This document shows, piece after piece, positions 28,312-37,715 of a stretch of DNA of 64,000 nucleotides. This DNA comes from an uncultured SAR86 cluster bacterium. GTDB taxonomy: Bacteria; Pseudomonadota; Gammaproteobacteria; Magnimaribacterales; D2472. The DNA lies in NCBI GenBank assembly GCA_902631785.1, contig CACOZT010000002.1:18996-82995 (forward strand), written 5' to 3'. Within the stretch, counting starts at the first letter, position 1; every line of letters begins with the position of its first letter. The translations under genes were made by a program, and so were the position numbers. The notes below the pieces were generated by a model. It did not search any database. It was not told the origin of the DNA and saw only the letters and a program-made list of their open reading frames with translations.

Positions 28312-29130
28312 TTGAAAATTTATAAATCAATTTCCGAATTTAATTCTTTAAAAGATAAATTATCAGAATTATCATTTGTTCCGACAATGGGCAATCTTCA
28401 TGCAGGTCATTTATCACTAATTGATCTTGCAAAACAATATGATAATGAAATTATTTCATCTATTTATGTAAACAGACTTCAATTCAATGAAAAAGGTGAT
28501 TATGAAAAATATCCCAAATCACTAGAAGAGGATATTGAGTTGCTCGAAATGAATGGTTGTGATCATTTATTGTTACCAGATGAATCTATATTAGATAATA
28601 TTGACTTAATAAAAGCATCTCCAAAATCTAATAAACTTTGTGGAAAAAATAGACCAGGTCATTTTGATGGCGTATTAACAATATTAAATAAGTTTTTTAA
28701 ACTTATAAAACCAAAATTAGTAATTTTTGGTAAGAAAGATTATCAACAATACTTACTAGTAAAGGAATTTATTGTTGAAAATAATTTTAATATCGAGATT
28801 ATTGGTGGAAATACTATTAGAGAAGAATCTGGATTGGCTCTTTCCTCAAGGAATAATCTTTTATCAAAAAAAAATAAATATTTAGCATCTCATATTTATA
28901 AGGCACTAAACGAAATCAATTTATCAAAAGAAAACCTTAACGAAGAATTAATTACAAACAAAAAAAATTATTTAACAAAATTAGGATTTGATGTTGATTA
29001 TTTTACTGCATGTGATCCTTCGACTTTAGAAGATAGCTTTGAAATCTACAAAAGTGACATATTAATAGCTGTTGCTGCAAAGCTAGGTGACGTAAGACTA
29101 ATTGATAATATTTTGCTTTCAAAACTTTAA
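28312..29130 (+). CDS. panC: Pantoate--beta-alanine ligase
   Basis: 272 aa, TTG start. PTMGNLHAGHLSL (HxGH) and FGKKDYQQ motifs. Confidence 0.9.
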   Translation: MKIYKSISEFNSLKDKLSELSFVPTMGNLHAGHLSLIDLAKQYDNEIISSIYVNRLQFNEKGDYEKYPKSLEEDIELLEMNGCDHLLLPDESILDNIDLIKASPKSNKLCGKNRPGHFDGVLTILNKFFKLIKPKLVIFGKKDYQQYLLVKEFIVENNFNIEIIGGNTIREESGLALSSRNNLLSKKNKYLASHIYKALNEINLSKENLNEELITNKKNYLTKLGFDVDYFTACDPSTLEDSFEIYKSDILIAVAAKLGDVRLIDNILLSKL

Positions 29131-29163
29131 TAATCATAAATATTTATCTATACTTTCGTCCTT

Positions 29164-29553
29164 ATGAATAAAACATTACTGAAGTCAAAACTTCATCGAA
29201 TAAACGTAACTCAAGTTGAACTTGATTATGAAGGCTCATGTGCGGTAGATAAGGATTTTCTTGAGGCTGCAGGTATGCAAGAATATGAAAGAGTAGATGT
29301 ATACAATGTATCTAATGGTGAAAGATTTTCAACATATCTAATTCTTGCTGAATCTGGATCAAAAACTTTATCAGTTAATGGTGCTGCAGCGCATAAGGTC
29401 TCAATAGATGATGTTGTTATTATTTGTACATATGGTTCGTATGATAAAGATGAGGCAAGATCTCATCATCCAACATTAGTATATTTTGATAAAGAAAATA
29501 ATATTATCGATATTAAAAATTCTATACCAGAACAAAAACTTAAATCAGTTTAG
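29164..29553 (+). CDS. panD: Aspartate 1-decarboxylase proenzyme
   Basis: 129 aa. KSKLHR, self-cleavage site YEGSCAVD, and NGAAAH. Confidence 0.9.
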   Translation: MNKTLLKSKLHRINVTQVELDYEGSCAVDKDFLEAAGMQEYERVDVYNVSNGERFSTYLILAESGSKTLSVNGAAAHKVSIDDVVIICTYGSYDKDEARSHHPTLVYFDKENNIIDIKNSIPEQKLKSV

Positions 29554-29609
29554 TATTTATTTAACTTCTAGATCGTAAACCACATTTTATAGTTTCATTA
29601 AGATTGATA

Positions 29610-29687
29610 TGGCGCGCCCGGAGAGATTCGAACTCCCGACCTCTTGGTTCGTAGCCAAGCACTCTAATCCAACTGAGCTACGGGCGC
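29610..29687 (-). tRNA. tRNA-Arg (anticodon ACG)
   Basis: Reverse complement GCGCCCG-TA-GCTC...CTTGG-CTACGAA-CCAAG...GGGAG-TTCGAAT-CTCTC-CGGGCGC-G-CCA. 78 nt, CCA encoded. Confidence 0.85.
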
Positions 29688-29692
29688 GATTA

Positions 29693-29863
29693 CTAAACTT
29701 TCCGAGCCTCTTCAGGCAACATCACAGGGATACCATCCTTAATTGGATAAGCTAAACCAGATTCTTTACAAATTAATTCATTAGAAGTCTCATCATATGA
29801 TAAAGATTTTTTTGATACAGGACATACTAATATTTCTAATAATGTTTTATCTATGGTTGTCAT
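29693..29863 (-). CDS. ycaR: Trm112/YcaR (UPF0434) family small protein
   Basis: Not in the supplied ORF track. My hand translation gives 56 aa: [64 protein letters not shown]...YPI.DGIPVML.EEAR is the family hallmark. Confidence 0.7.
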   Translation of the reverse strand: MTTIDKTLLEILVCPVSKKSLSYDETSNELICKESGLAYPIKDGIPVMLPEEARKV

Positions 29864-29937
29864 AGCTGAAAAGTATACATGATGAATGAATTTTTGTTTA
29901 TATATGTTATCTTTACCCTAAATATGAGCTAGATACT

Positions 29938-30699
29938 ATGAACAATCTTAAACTTATAGCATTAAAAGACTTTCCATTAATTGAGCCAGGCCAAGACATA
30001 TCATCAACTATTTTTGATTGTATAGTAAATAATCAATTAATGATTAATGATTTCGACATTATTGTAATAGCTCAAAAAATTATATCTAAGGCTGAAAATA
30101 GATATATAGATTTGGATAACATTGAAATATCAGAAGAGGCAAAAAATTTATCAAAAAAATTAGACAAAAATGAAGGATTAATCCAAGCAATTATAAATGA
30201 GTCCAATAAAATATTATCTACAAAAAAGAACGTGATAATTGTTGAACACAAACTGGGATTTATAAATGTTAATGCTGGAATAGATCTATCAAATGTACCT
30301 AGTGAAAATCTTGCACTATTACTACCTGAAGACCCAAAAAAGAGTGCTAAAAATATTCAAACTGATCTATCTAAAAAATTAAATAAAAATATTTCAGTAA
30401 TTATTACTGATTCAATGACACGACCATATAGATCTGGTGTAATTAATTTTGCATTAGCTAGTCACAATATTCTAAGTCTTAAAGATCTAAAAGGGCATGA
30501 TGATATATATGGAAGAAAACTTAAAGGTACAGAGGTTGCCATTGCTGATGAATTAGCATCTGCAGCAGGGTTACTGATGGGGCAAAGTAATGAGAAGAAG
30601 CCTGTAATTGTAATAAAAGGTTTTAGTAATAACACTCAAAAAACCAATAATGCCTTTGATTTGATTGTAAGTGAAAATGAAGATCTATACAGACAATAA
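29938..30699 (+). CDS. CofE-like protein (coenzyme F420-0:L-glutamate ligase family fold)
   Basis: 253 aa. N-terminal pattern (LIALKDFPLIEPGQDIS...IVIAQKIISKAENR) and the later DSMTRPYRSG/ADELASAAGLLMGQ segments match my memory of the F420-ligase family. Confidence 0.6.
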   Translation: MNNLKLIALKDFPLIEPGQDISSTIFDCIVNNQLMINDFDIIVIAQKIISKAENRYIDLDNIEISEEAKNLSKKLDKNEGLIQAIINESNKILSTKKNVIIVEHKLGFINVNAGIDLSNVPSENLALLLPEDPKKSAKNIQTDLSKKLNKNISVIITDSMTRPYRSGVINFALASHNILSLKDLKGHDDIYGRKLKGTEVAIADELASAAGLLMGQSNEKKPVIVIKGFSNNTQKTNNAFDLIVSENEDLYRQ

Positions 30700-30719
30700 T
30701 TGAAATATATAATTATCAA

Positions 30720-31463
30720 ATGAAGTTAAGCGTAAACCTAAATAAAATTGCTCTATTAAGAAATGCACGTGGTGAGAATTATCCTAATATTGAATATTTT
30801 GCTAATAAAGCCATTGATATTGGTGTTGATGGTTTAACACTTCATCCAAGACCAGATCATAGACATGCAACTAGCGATGATGTAATTAAACTGTCAAAAC
30901 TAACAAAGGATAGGGGAGTTGAGTTTAATATTGAAGGTAATCCATTCTCAAAACCTAGTGGTGATTTCGTTGGTTTTTGTGAATTAGTTGAAGATATAAA
31001 ACCTGATCAGATAACACTTGTACCAGATACTATTGATCAAATTACATCAGATCATGGATGGTCTTGCGGGTCACATGACGAAGAATTGAAGAATGTTATA
31101 TATTCACTAAAAAAAAATTCAAATAACGCAAAAATTAGCTTATTTATAGATAATATTGAAGGTGTTGATTATGCATCTGATATGGGCGCAGACTTAATAG
31201 AAATTCATACAGGCGCATTTTCTAAAGCAATAAATAATGGAGACTTAGCAACCATAGATGAAATAAAAAAAATTATAAATCATGCTATGAGTCTAAATTT
31301 AAATATAAATGCTGGACATGATTTAAATCTAAATAACTTACATTATTTGGTTGAAATAGGTAATATTAACGAAGTATCTATTGGTCATGCAATTATTGTG
31401 GATTCACTTCAATATGGTTTTGAAGAAACAATATCTAGATATATAGAAATTATTAGGAAATAA
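30720..31463 (+). CDS. pdxJ: Pyridoxine 5'-phosphate synthase
   Basis: 247 aa. Aligns by eye with E. coli PdxJ: VNLNKIALLRNARG, LHPRPDHRH, LVPD, SLFID, IEIHTG, NAGHDL and IGHAII. Confidence 0.8.
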   Translation: MKLSVNLNKIALLRNARGENYPNIEYFANKAIDIGVDGLTLHPRPDHRHATSDDVIKLSKLTKDRGVEFNIEGNPFSKPSGDFVGFCELVEDIKPDQITLVPDTIDQITSDHGWSCGSHDEELKNVIYSLKKNSNNAKISLFIDNIEGVDYASDMGADLIEIHTGAFSKAINNGDLATIDEIKKIINHAMSLNLNINAGHDLNLNNLHYLVEIGNINEVSIGHAIIVDSLQYGFEETISRYIEIIRK

Positions 31464-31464
31464 A

Positions 31465-31779
31465 ATGGATATAGAAGAAAAGCTTAAAGAACAAATAAAA
31501 GAGAATGATGTACTTATTTATATGAAAGGCACTCCATACGAGCCAAGGTGTGGTTTCTCAGCAAGAACAGTTCAAATATTAATAGATTGTGAATCACAAT
31601 TTAGTTATGTAGATATTCTTGAAAATAATGATGTCAGAGCAACACTACCAAAAGTTTCAGATTGGCCAACCTTTCCTCAGGTATTTATTAAAGGAGAGTT
31701 AGTTGGAGGAGCAGATATTATTGCTCAAATGCATGAGAGTGGCGAGTTAAAAAAACTTTTAGATTCAATAGAATCTTAA
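31465..31779 (+). CDS. grxD: Monothiol glutaredoxin (Grx4 family)
   Basis: 104 aa. CGFS active site, WPTFPQVFIKGELVGGADI. Confidence 0.9.
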   Translation: MDIEEKLKEQIKENDVLIYMKGTPYEPRCGFSARTVQILIDCESQFSYVDILENNDVRATLPKVSDWPTFPQVFIKGELVGGADIIAQMHESGELKKLLDSIES

Positions 31780-32402
31780 ATATCAAAATTATTAACAATA
31801 TTACAGAAGACCTCAGCTGTTACTTTTGTATCATAAGCTGCTGAATGCGCTTCATCATTGTCATATTCAACTGATAACTTTTCACAAATTCTAGCAAGAA
31901 CTGTTTGTCCAGTTGCAAGAACTCCTAAAGAGACAGTATCTATTACCGAAAACTTATGAAATGGAGTTTTCTTTATATTATTTCTTAAAACAGATGCATC
32001 TAAAAAAGATTTATCAAAATGTGCATTATGTCCAACTAATATAGCTCTTGAGCATTCATATTTATTTTTTGCTTTATTAATTATTTTAAATAAATCTTGA
32101 AGAGCATCTTTTTCAAGGACTGCATTTCTTAAAGGATGATCTAGCTTAATTTTCGTAAATTCAAGAGACTCCTTTTCTACTATTGATCCTTCAAAAGGTT
32201 GAATATGATGTCTAAATGTATCTCCTGGAATATATTTATTCTCTTTTTCTTCAATCAAAGTAATAGCAATTTCTAATATTGCATTAACTTCTGGATCAAA
32301 ACCCCCAGTTTCAATGTCAACAACCACAGGAAGATATTTCCTAAATCTATTTTTTAACACCAAGTTTTTCTTGTAATTTTGAATTTGAAGTTGTGTAGCC
32401 AA
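31776..32402 (-). CDS. rnt: Ribonuclease T (DEDDh 3'-5' exoribonuclease)
   Basis: [16 protein letters not shown] resembles E. coli RFRGFYPVVIDVETAG; also HNAHFD and HSAAYD. The start is uncertain: the TTG at 32402 overlaps the upstream gene by 56 nt, while in-frame TTG/GTG codons near 32363 would shorten this. Adjacent to grxD, as in E. coli. Confidence 0.8.
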   Translation of the reverse strand: MATQLQIQNYKKNLVLKNRFRKYLPVVVDIETGGFDPEVNAILEIAITLIEEKENKYIPGDTFRHHIQPFEGSIVEKESLEFTKIKLDHPLRNAVLEKDALQDLFKIINKAKNKYECSRAILVGHNAHFDKSFLDASVLRNNIKKTPFHKFSVIDTVSLGVLATGQTVLARICEKLSVEYDNDEAHSAAYDTKVTAEVFCNIVNNFDI

Positions 32403-33387
32403 ATGGAACTCTTTCTCCAGGATGGATTCGCCTGTATGCTTCTTGAACTGCTAATGTAGTTTCATGAAATCCTGATAAAATAAGATCAAGTTTTCCAGGA
32501 TAGTCATTAATATCACCTACAGCAAATATACCCTCTCTTGATGTTTGAAAATTTTCAGTATTAACTTGAATTTTTTTTCCGTTTAAATCTATATTCCAAT
32601 CTAAAATCGGTCCTAATTTTTTATTTAAACCAAATAAAAATAATAATTCATCTGCTTCAAATGATTCAATCTCGTTAGTTTCAAAGTTTTTTAAAGTTAC
32701 TGAATCAACTTTTTTATCACCGACAATAGAATCAATAAGATAGGGAGTTAATAAATTAACTTTTCTATCTTTAACAAGAGCTCTCATTTGTTCTTCAGTG
32801 TGCTGAGCACCTCTAAAAGCATCTCTTCTATGGACTAAGTTAATTGATTTAGCAATCTTTGATAGTTCAACCGTCCAATCAAGAGCTGAATCACCTCCAC
32901 CAAATATGAACAGATTTTTATCTTTATACTTTTCAACGGACCTAACAGCATATTCCACACCATTCGAAAGAAATTTATCTGGATCATCTATATTTGGAGG
33001 TCTTCTGGGTTCAAACGATCCTGCTCCTGCAGCAATAAAAATATTTTTTGAGACAAATTCTTTATCTTCGGTTGTTTTTATTTTCCAAAACTTTTCATCT
33101 TCATGGTCAATTTCTTCAATCGAATCAACCCTTTCAGAAAGGTGCAAATCATAATCAAAAGGTTTGATCTGATCTAAAAGAGCATCAACATGCTCTTGTG
33201 CAGTTTGAAAAGGAACACCTGGGATATCATAAATTGGTTTTTCAGGATATAGTTCAGCACATTGCCCACCAGGCTTATCAAGGTTATCAATGAGTGTGCA
33301 TTTTAAACCAAGTAGTCCAGCTTCAAATACAGTAAATAAACCAACTGGTCCTGCACCTATAACTAATATATCAGTTTTATTCATCAT
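32347..33387 (-). CDS. Ferredoxin--NADP+ reductase, thioredoxin-reductase-like type
   Basis: 346 aa. [10 protein letters not shown] motif, the [18 protein letters not shown] signature of TrxR-like FNRs, and a second GGGDSALD dinucleotide motif. No CxxC redox pair. Confidence 0.8.
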   Translation of the reverse strand: MMNKTDILVIGAGPVGLFTVFEAGLLGLKCTLIDNLDKPGGQCAELYPEKPIYDIPGVPFQTAQEHVDALLDQIKPFDYDLHLSERVDSIEEIDHEDEKFWKIKTTEDKEFVSKNIFIAAGAGSFEPRRPPNIDDPDKFLSNGVEYAVRSVEKYKDKNLFIFGGGDSALDWTVELSKIAKSINLVHRRDAFRGAQHTEEQMRALVKDRKVNLLTPYLIDSIVGDKKVDSVTLKNFETNEIESFEADELLFLFGLNKKLGPILDWNIDLNGKKIQVNTENFQTSREGIFAVGDINDYPGKLDLILSGFHETTLAVQEAYRRIHPGERVPFGYTTSNSKLQEKLGVKK

Positions 33388-35339
33388 CTTACTTTCATTC
33401 CTGGCTCTGCTCCTTCATCAGGCGATACTAAATATATGCCGTCATCATTACTTGACGCAAGTACCATACCTTCGGATATACCAAATTTCATTTTTCTAGG
33501 TTCTAAATTATTAACTAATACAATATGTCTATCAGTAAGATCTTCAGGATCGTAAGCGCTTTTAATTCCTGCAAATACATTTCTTTGTCCAAGATCTCCA
33601 ACATCTAATGTCAGTTGCAGAAGTTTATCAGCTCCTTCAACATGTTCTGCTTTAACAATTTTAGCCACTCTTAAGTCAACAGCTGAAAATTGATCGATAT
33701 TAATTAGATTTACATTATCCATATCTTCTTCCTCAGGAATTATTATTTGTTCGAGTCTATTTAGCAATGGTTTATAGTCATTTATTTGTTTAATATTTGT
33801 TTTCTCAACATCAAAAAAAGAAATTTTCTTAATATTTAAGAATTCGAAAGCTTCATTAGTAATGTTTGGTATTATTGGATGAAGATATACTGACAGTATA
33901 TAGAATGCATTTACAGCTGTGGATGCAATTTCAATTGCTTCATCAATATCTTTTTTCCAAGGAGTTTGATCATTAATATACTTATTAACATCATCAGCCA
34001 AATCCATTATAACTCTTACTAATTTAGAGTATTCCTTAGTTTCATATAATGAAATCACTTCATTCTTTTTTAAAATTAAATTATTAATTACAACGTTGTT
34101 AATATTGTCAGACAAAATATTTTTATTCTTTTTTAAAAATGATGCAGATCTTGATGCAATATTTAGATATTTACCAACTAAGTCAGAATTGATTCTTTGA
34201 ACATAATCTTCAAAATTTAAATCTATGTCCTCAACTTTATTATTTAGCTTTGCAGCAAAGTAATATCTCAATGTCTCTGGATTAGTAATATCTGCAAATT
34301 CTTTTGCTAATATACCTGTGCCTTTCGATTTAGACATTTTTTCACCATTAATTGTTAAAAAACCATGTACATTTATACCATTTGGCAATTTAAAACTTGC
34401 TGCACTTAAAAGCGCAGGCCAAAATAATCCATGAAAGTAAGCAATATCCTTTCCTATAAAGTGATAAATTTCATAATTTGAATTTTCAGACCATAAATCT
34501 TCCATATTAATATTATTTTTATCAGCCCAGTTAGCTATTGAAGCTATATAACCAATTGGTGCATCAACCCATACATAGAAATATTTGTCTTTTTCACCTG
34601 GTATTTCAAAACCAAAATAGGGTGCATCTCTCGAAATATCCCATTTTTTTAGATCCTCATTAAGCCATTCATTTAATTTATTTTTAATCGATTTTTGTAA
34701 ATCGACATCTTTTAAAAATATTTTTAACATTTCATTTTTTTGAGGAAGATCAAAAAATATATGCTCACTTTCTTTTTTAATTGGAACAGTATTAGAAACG
34801 ATGGAGATAGGATTTTTTATATCAAGAACATTATAAGATGCTCCACATACACCACAATTATCACCATTTTGATTTTCTGCATCACATTTCGGACATGTCC
34901 CTTTAATATATCTATCAGAGAGAAACATTTCTTCTTTTTCGTCATAATATTGTTGAATATTTGATTTAGAAATTAAATTATTATTTTTTGCACACTCATA
35001 TATATATTCTGAGTATTTTTTATTTTCATCACTGTGAGTCGTATAAAAATTTGTAAAATTTATTCCATAAATTTCATAAGTTGATTTATGGTCTTTATAG
35101 ACATCATCAATTAATTTTTCAGGTTTAATACCCATCTCATTGGCTTTTAACATTACTGGGGTGCCGTGTGTGTCATCAGCACAAAAGAATAAACATTCAT
35201 TACCATTGAGATTATGAAATCTTGACCAAATATCAGTTTGAACAGCTTCAAGAATGTGACCTAAATGAAGAGGGGCATTTGCATAAGGCAATGCTTGTGT
35301 AACAAGTATTTTTCTCTTGGTTTTTTTAGAATTGTCCAT
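33384..35339 (-). CDS. metG: Methionine--tRNA ligase
   Basis: 651 aa. HLGH and KMSKS motifs, zinc knuckle [19 protein letters not shown]-terminal EMAP/Trbp111-like tRNA-binding domain. Confidence 0.95.
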   Translation of the reverse strand: MDNSKKTKRKILVTQALPYANAPLHLGHILEAVQTDIWSRFHNLNGNECLFFCADDTHGTPVMLKANEMGIKPEKLIDDVYKDHKSTYEIYGINFTNFYTTHSDENKKYSEYIYECAKNNNLISKSNIQQYYDEKEEMFLSDRYIKGTCPKCDAENQNGDNCGVCGASYNVLDIKNPISIVSNTVPIKKESEHIFFDLPQKNEMLKIFLKDVDLQKSIKNKLNEWLNEDLKKWDISRDAPYFGFEIPGEKDKYFYVWVDAPIGYIASIANWADKNNINMEDLWSENSNYEIYHFIGKDIAYFHGLFWPALLSAASFKLPNGINVHGFLTINGEKMSKSKGTGILAKEFADITNPETLRYYFAAKLNNKVEDIDLNFEDYVQRINSDLVGKYLNIASRSASFLKKNKNILSDNINNVVINNLILKKNEVISLYETKEYSKLVRVIMDLADDVNKYINDQTPWKKDIDEAIEIASTAVNAFYILSVYLHPIIPNITNEAFEFLNIKKISFFDVEKTNIKQINDYKPLLNRLEQIIIPEEEDMDNVNLINIDQFSAVDLRVAKIVKAEHVEGADKLLQLTLDVGDLGQRNVFAGIKSAYDPEDLTDRHIVLVNNLEPRKMKFGISEGMVLASSNDDGIYLVSPDEGAEPGMKVR

Positions 35340-35375
35340 TTATTATCTGTATTATATGTGAAAATATTAATTAAT

Positions 35376-36050
35376 ATGGCTATTAAAAAAATTATTGCAT
35401 TTGGTTCAGCTAAAGGTGGAGTTGGAAAAAGTTCAATTACAGCCTCTTTAGCATTAACTCTATCCAAAGATAAAAAAATTGGGATACTAGATGCTGATGT
35501 TTATGGTCCAAATCAAAATATATTATTTAATCTCGACACAAAAAATGAAATAACATCTAAAGGAATTAAGCCAGCTTTACACAACGACATAAAGATTGTT
35601 TCAATGGGAAACATCTTGAATTATGAGGATGCAGCTGTTTGGAGAGGACCTATGCTTAGTGGCGCTATCAAGAAATTAATAAATGATACTCAATGGGGTG
35701 AATTAGATTACTTATTTATTGATATGCCTCCCGGAACCGGAGACGTCTATTTAACTATTTTTAAAGAATTGGTTGTAGATAAATTTATATTAATTACAAC
35801 ACCAAATAAATTAGCAATTTCAGATTTGCAAAAAACTGTAACAATGTTGAAAAAATTAGACGTCAAAATTTTTGGTTACATCTGTAACAATATCTTTAAT
35901 GTAGAAGATATAGATAATAAATTCTTTGTTACCAATAAGATAAATCATCTTGGTACTTATGAATTTGATACTAATCTACATGATTTTAATTTAGATTATA
36001 ATTCTTCTATAACAGAGCAAATATCTAAAGTAATTTTGTCGGATGTATAA
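35376..36050 (+). CDS. Mrp/ApbC/NBP35-family P-loop ATPase (short form)
   Basis: KGGVGKSS deviant Walker A, DADVYGPN, VWRGPM and DMPPGTGD. I place the start at ATG 35376 (MAIKKIIAF); the longer track ORF from 35265 overlaps metG. Divergent from metG, as in E. coli. Confidence 0.75.
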   Translation: MAIKKIIAFGSAKGGVGKSSITASLALTLSKDKKIGILDADVYGPNQNILFNLDTKNEITSKGIKPALHNDIKIVSMGNILNYEDAAVWRGPMLSGAIKKLINDTQWGELDYLFIDMPPGTGDVYLTIFKELVVDKFILITTPNKLAISDLQKTVTMLKKLDVKIFGYICNNIFNVEDIDNKFFVTNKINHLGTYEFDTNLHDFNLDYNSSITEQISKVILSDV

Positions 36051-36056
36051 TTAATT

Positions 36057-36755
36057 GTGAAATATTTTTATTTTTTCTCTGTTATATTTTTTATAAATTA
36101 TCTATCTGCAGATGAGGTCAGAGATCCGTATGAAAATTTTAATAGAAAAACTTTCGAATTCAACGAAAAGTTAGATGAAAAAATTCTTAGGCCAATAGCT
36201 AAGACTTATTCAAAATTTCCTCCTAAAGTAAAGAATGGAGTTTCAAATTTCTTTAACAATCTTGAGGATGTAGAAACTTCAATAAATCAGTTACTACAGG
36301 GTAAACCAAAAAAATCAATAAATGATATTTCTAGATTTATTATAAATTCAACAATCGGTTTGGGTGGATTTATAGATGTAGCTTCTAAAATAGGTTTAGA
36401 GAGGCATGAAGAAGATTTTGGTCAAACACTTGCTGTATGGGGAGTTGGCCAAGGCCCCTATATAATGTTGCCTGGATTAGGGCCCTCAACTTTAAGAGAT
36501 ACTCTCAGTAGGCCTGTATCGTCATTTTCCTCAGTTACGTTTCATATGACTGATACCGATGTTAACATTGCTCTTAAAACAATTGATGCAATTGAAACAC
36601 GAGAAAGGCTGCTTGATGTAGAATCTCTGTTATCAGGTGATAAATATTCATTTGTAAAAGATGCATATATTCAATCGTTAAATTATGAAATTGCAGACGG
36701 AATAGATGTTCAGGATGACTTTATTGATGATATGGAAGATTTTCTAATAGACTAA
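36057..36755 (+). CDS. mlaA: MlaA/VacJ family protein
   Basis: 232 aa, GTG start. DPYENFNRKTFEFNEKLDEKILRPIAKTY and STIGLGGFIDVA motifs. Confidence 0.8.
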   Translation: MKYFYFFSVIFFINYLSADEVRDPYENFNRKTFEFNEKLDEKILRPIAKTYSKFPPKVKNGVSNFFNNLEDVETSINQLLQGKPKKSINDISRFIINSTIGLGGFIDVASKIGLERHEEDFGQTLAVWGVGQGPYIMLPGLGPSTLRDTLSRPVSSFSSVTFHMTDTDVNIALKTIDAIETRERLLDVESLLSGDKYSFVKDAYIQSLNYEIADGIDVQDDFIDDMEDFLID

Positions 36756-37715
36756 AAGTTCTTTAAGCTCATTTTTATGATTTTTTAAATTATTTTCTTT
36801 AATAATTTCTAAGATTTTTAATCTGAAGGATTTTGCATACTTATCTCCCCTTGATAAGCCAAACAAATGTTTCATCATTCTGCTTAAATTGTGCCCATTG
36901 TGGATCTGTCTTTCAACATATTCTAAATATTGATTCAGTACTTCTTTTTTTGAATTGGTTGATGAATCAACATTGTAAAATCTAGGCTCGATATCTTTTA
37001 ACATGAATGGATTATCGTAGGCCGCTCTTCCAATCATAACTCCATCAACTTTTTCTAAATGCATTTGTGAATCATCGAGATTTTTAATTCCACCATTAAT
37101 TATTATCTCAAGATCGGGAAAGTCTTTTTTTAATCTATATACATAATCATATTTTAAGGGTGGAATATTTCTATTTTGACGTGGACTAAGTCCTTTTAAA
37201 ATACCATTTCTTGCATGAATTATAAAAACTTTAACCCCAGACTGTTTAACAATTGAAACAAAATTGTAAAGAAATTCATACTCTTCGTGATTATCGACAC
37301 CAAGTCGGCATTTTATTGAAACAGGAATATTAACTGAATTTTTCATAGCAGCTAAACATTCTGCTACTAAATCAGGTTCAAGCATTAAACAAGCGCCAAA
37401 TTTTCCTTTTTGAACTCTATCAGATGGACATCCAACATTTAGATTTATTTCATCATATCCAAACTGTTCACATTTTTTTGAGCACTCAATAAGATCAGAT
37501 ATATTGGAACCTCCTAATTGAACTCCAACTGGATGTTCCTCAGTGTTAAATTCTAATTGATTAAAACATTTACCAAATATTAATGAACCTGTGGCAATCA
37601 TTTCGGTATATAAAAAGACCCTTTTAGATATTAAACGCAGCAAATAACGATCATGCATATCGGTATATTGCATCATTGGAGCGACACAAAACTGCCTATC
37701 AAACGTTTCCATCAA
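36744..37715 (-). CDS. dusA: tRNA-dihydrouridine synthase A
   Basis: 323 aa. [16 protein letters not shown] resembles the DusA N-terminus; also NLNVGCP and a TIM-barrel FMN pattern. Confidence 0.85.
   Translation of the reverse strand: MMETFDRQFCVAPMMQYTDMHDRYLLRLISKRVFLYTEMIATGSLIFGKCFNQLEFNTEEHPVGVQLGGSNISDLIECSKKCEQFGYDEINLNVGCPSDRVQKGKFGACLMLEPDLVAECLAAMKNSVNIPVSIKCRLGVDNHEEYEFLYNFVSIVKQSGVKVFIIHARNGILKGLSPRQNRNIPPLKYDYVYRLKKDFPDLEIIINGGIKNLDDSQMHLEKVDGVMIGRAAYDNPFMLKDIEPRFYNVDSSTNSKKEVLNQYLEYVERQIHNGHNLSRMMKHLFGLSRGDKYAKSFRLKILEIIKENNLKNHKNELKELLVY

Noticed and set aside
22164-29687. Two roughly 77-nt, highly similar tRNA-Arg genes in direct orientation bracket a 7.4-kb segment, which could suggest an island bounded by att-like repeats.
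   Set aside because: They are ordinary isoacceptors (UCG versus ACG). The bracketed segment carries essential coaBC and panBCD genes and has no integrase or mobility gene.
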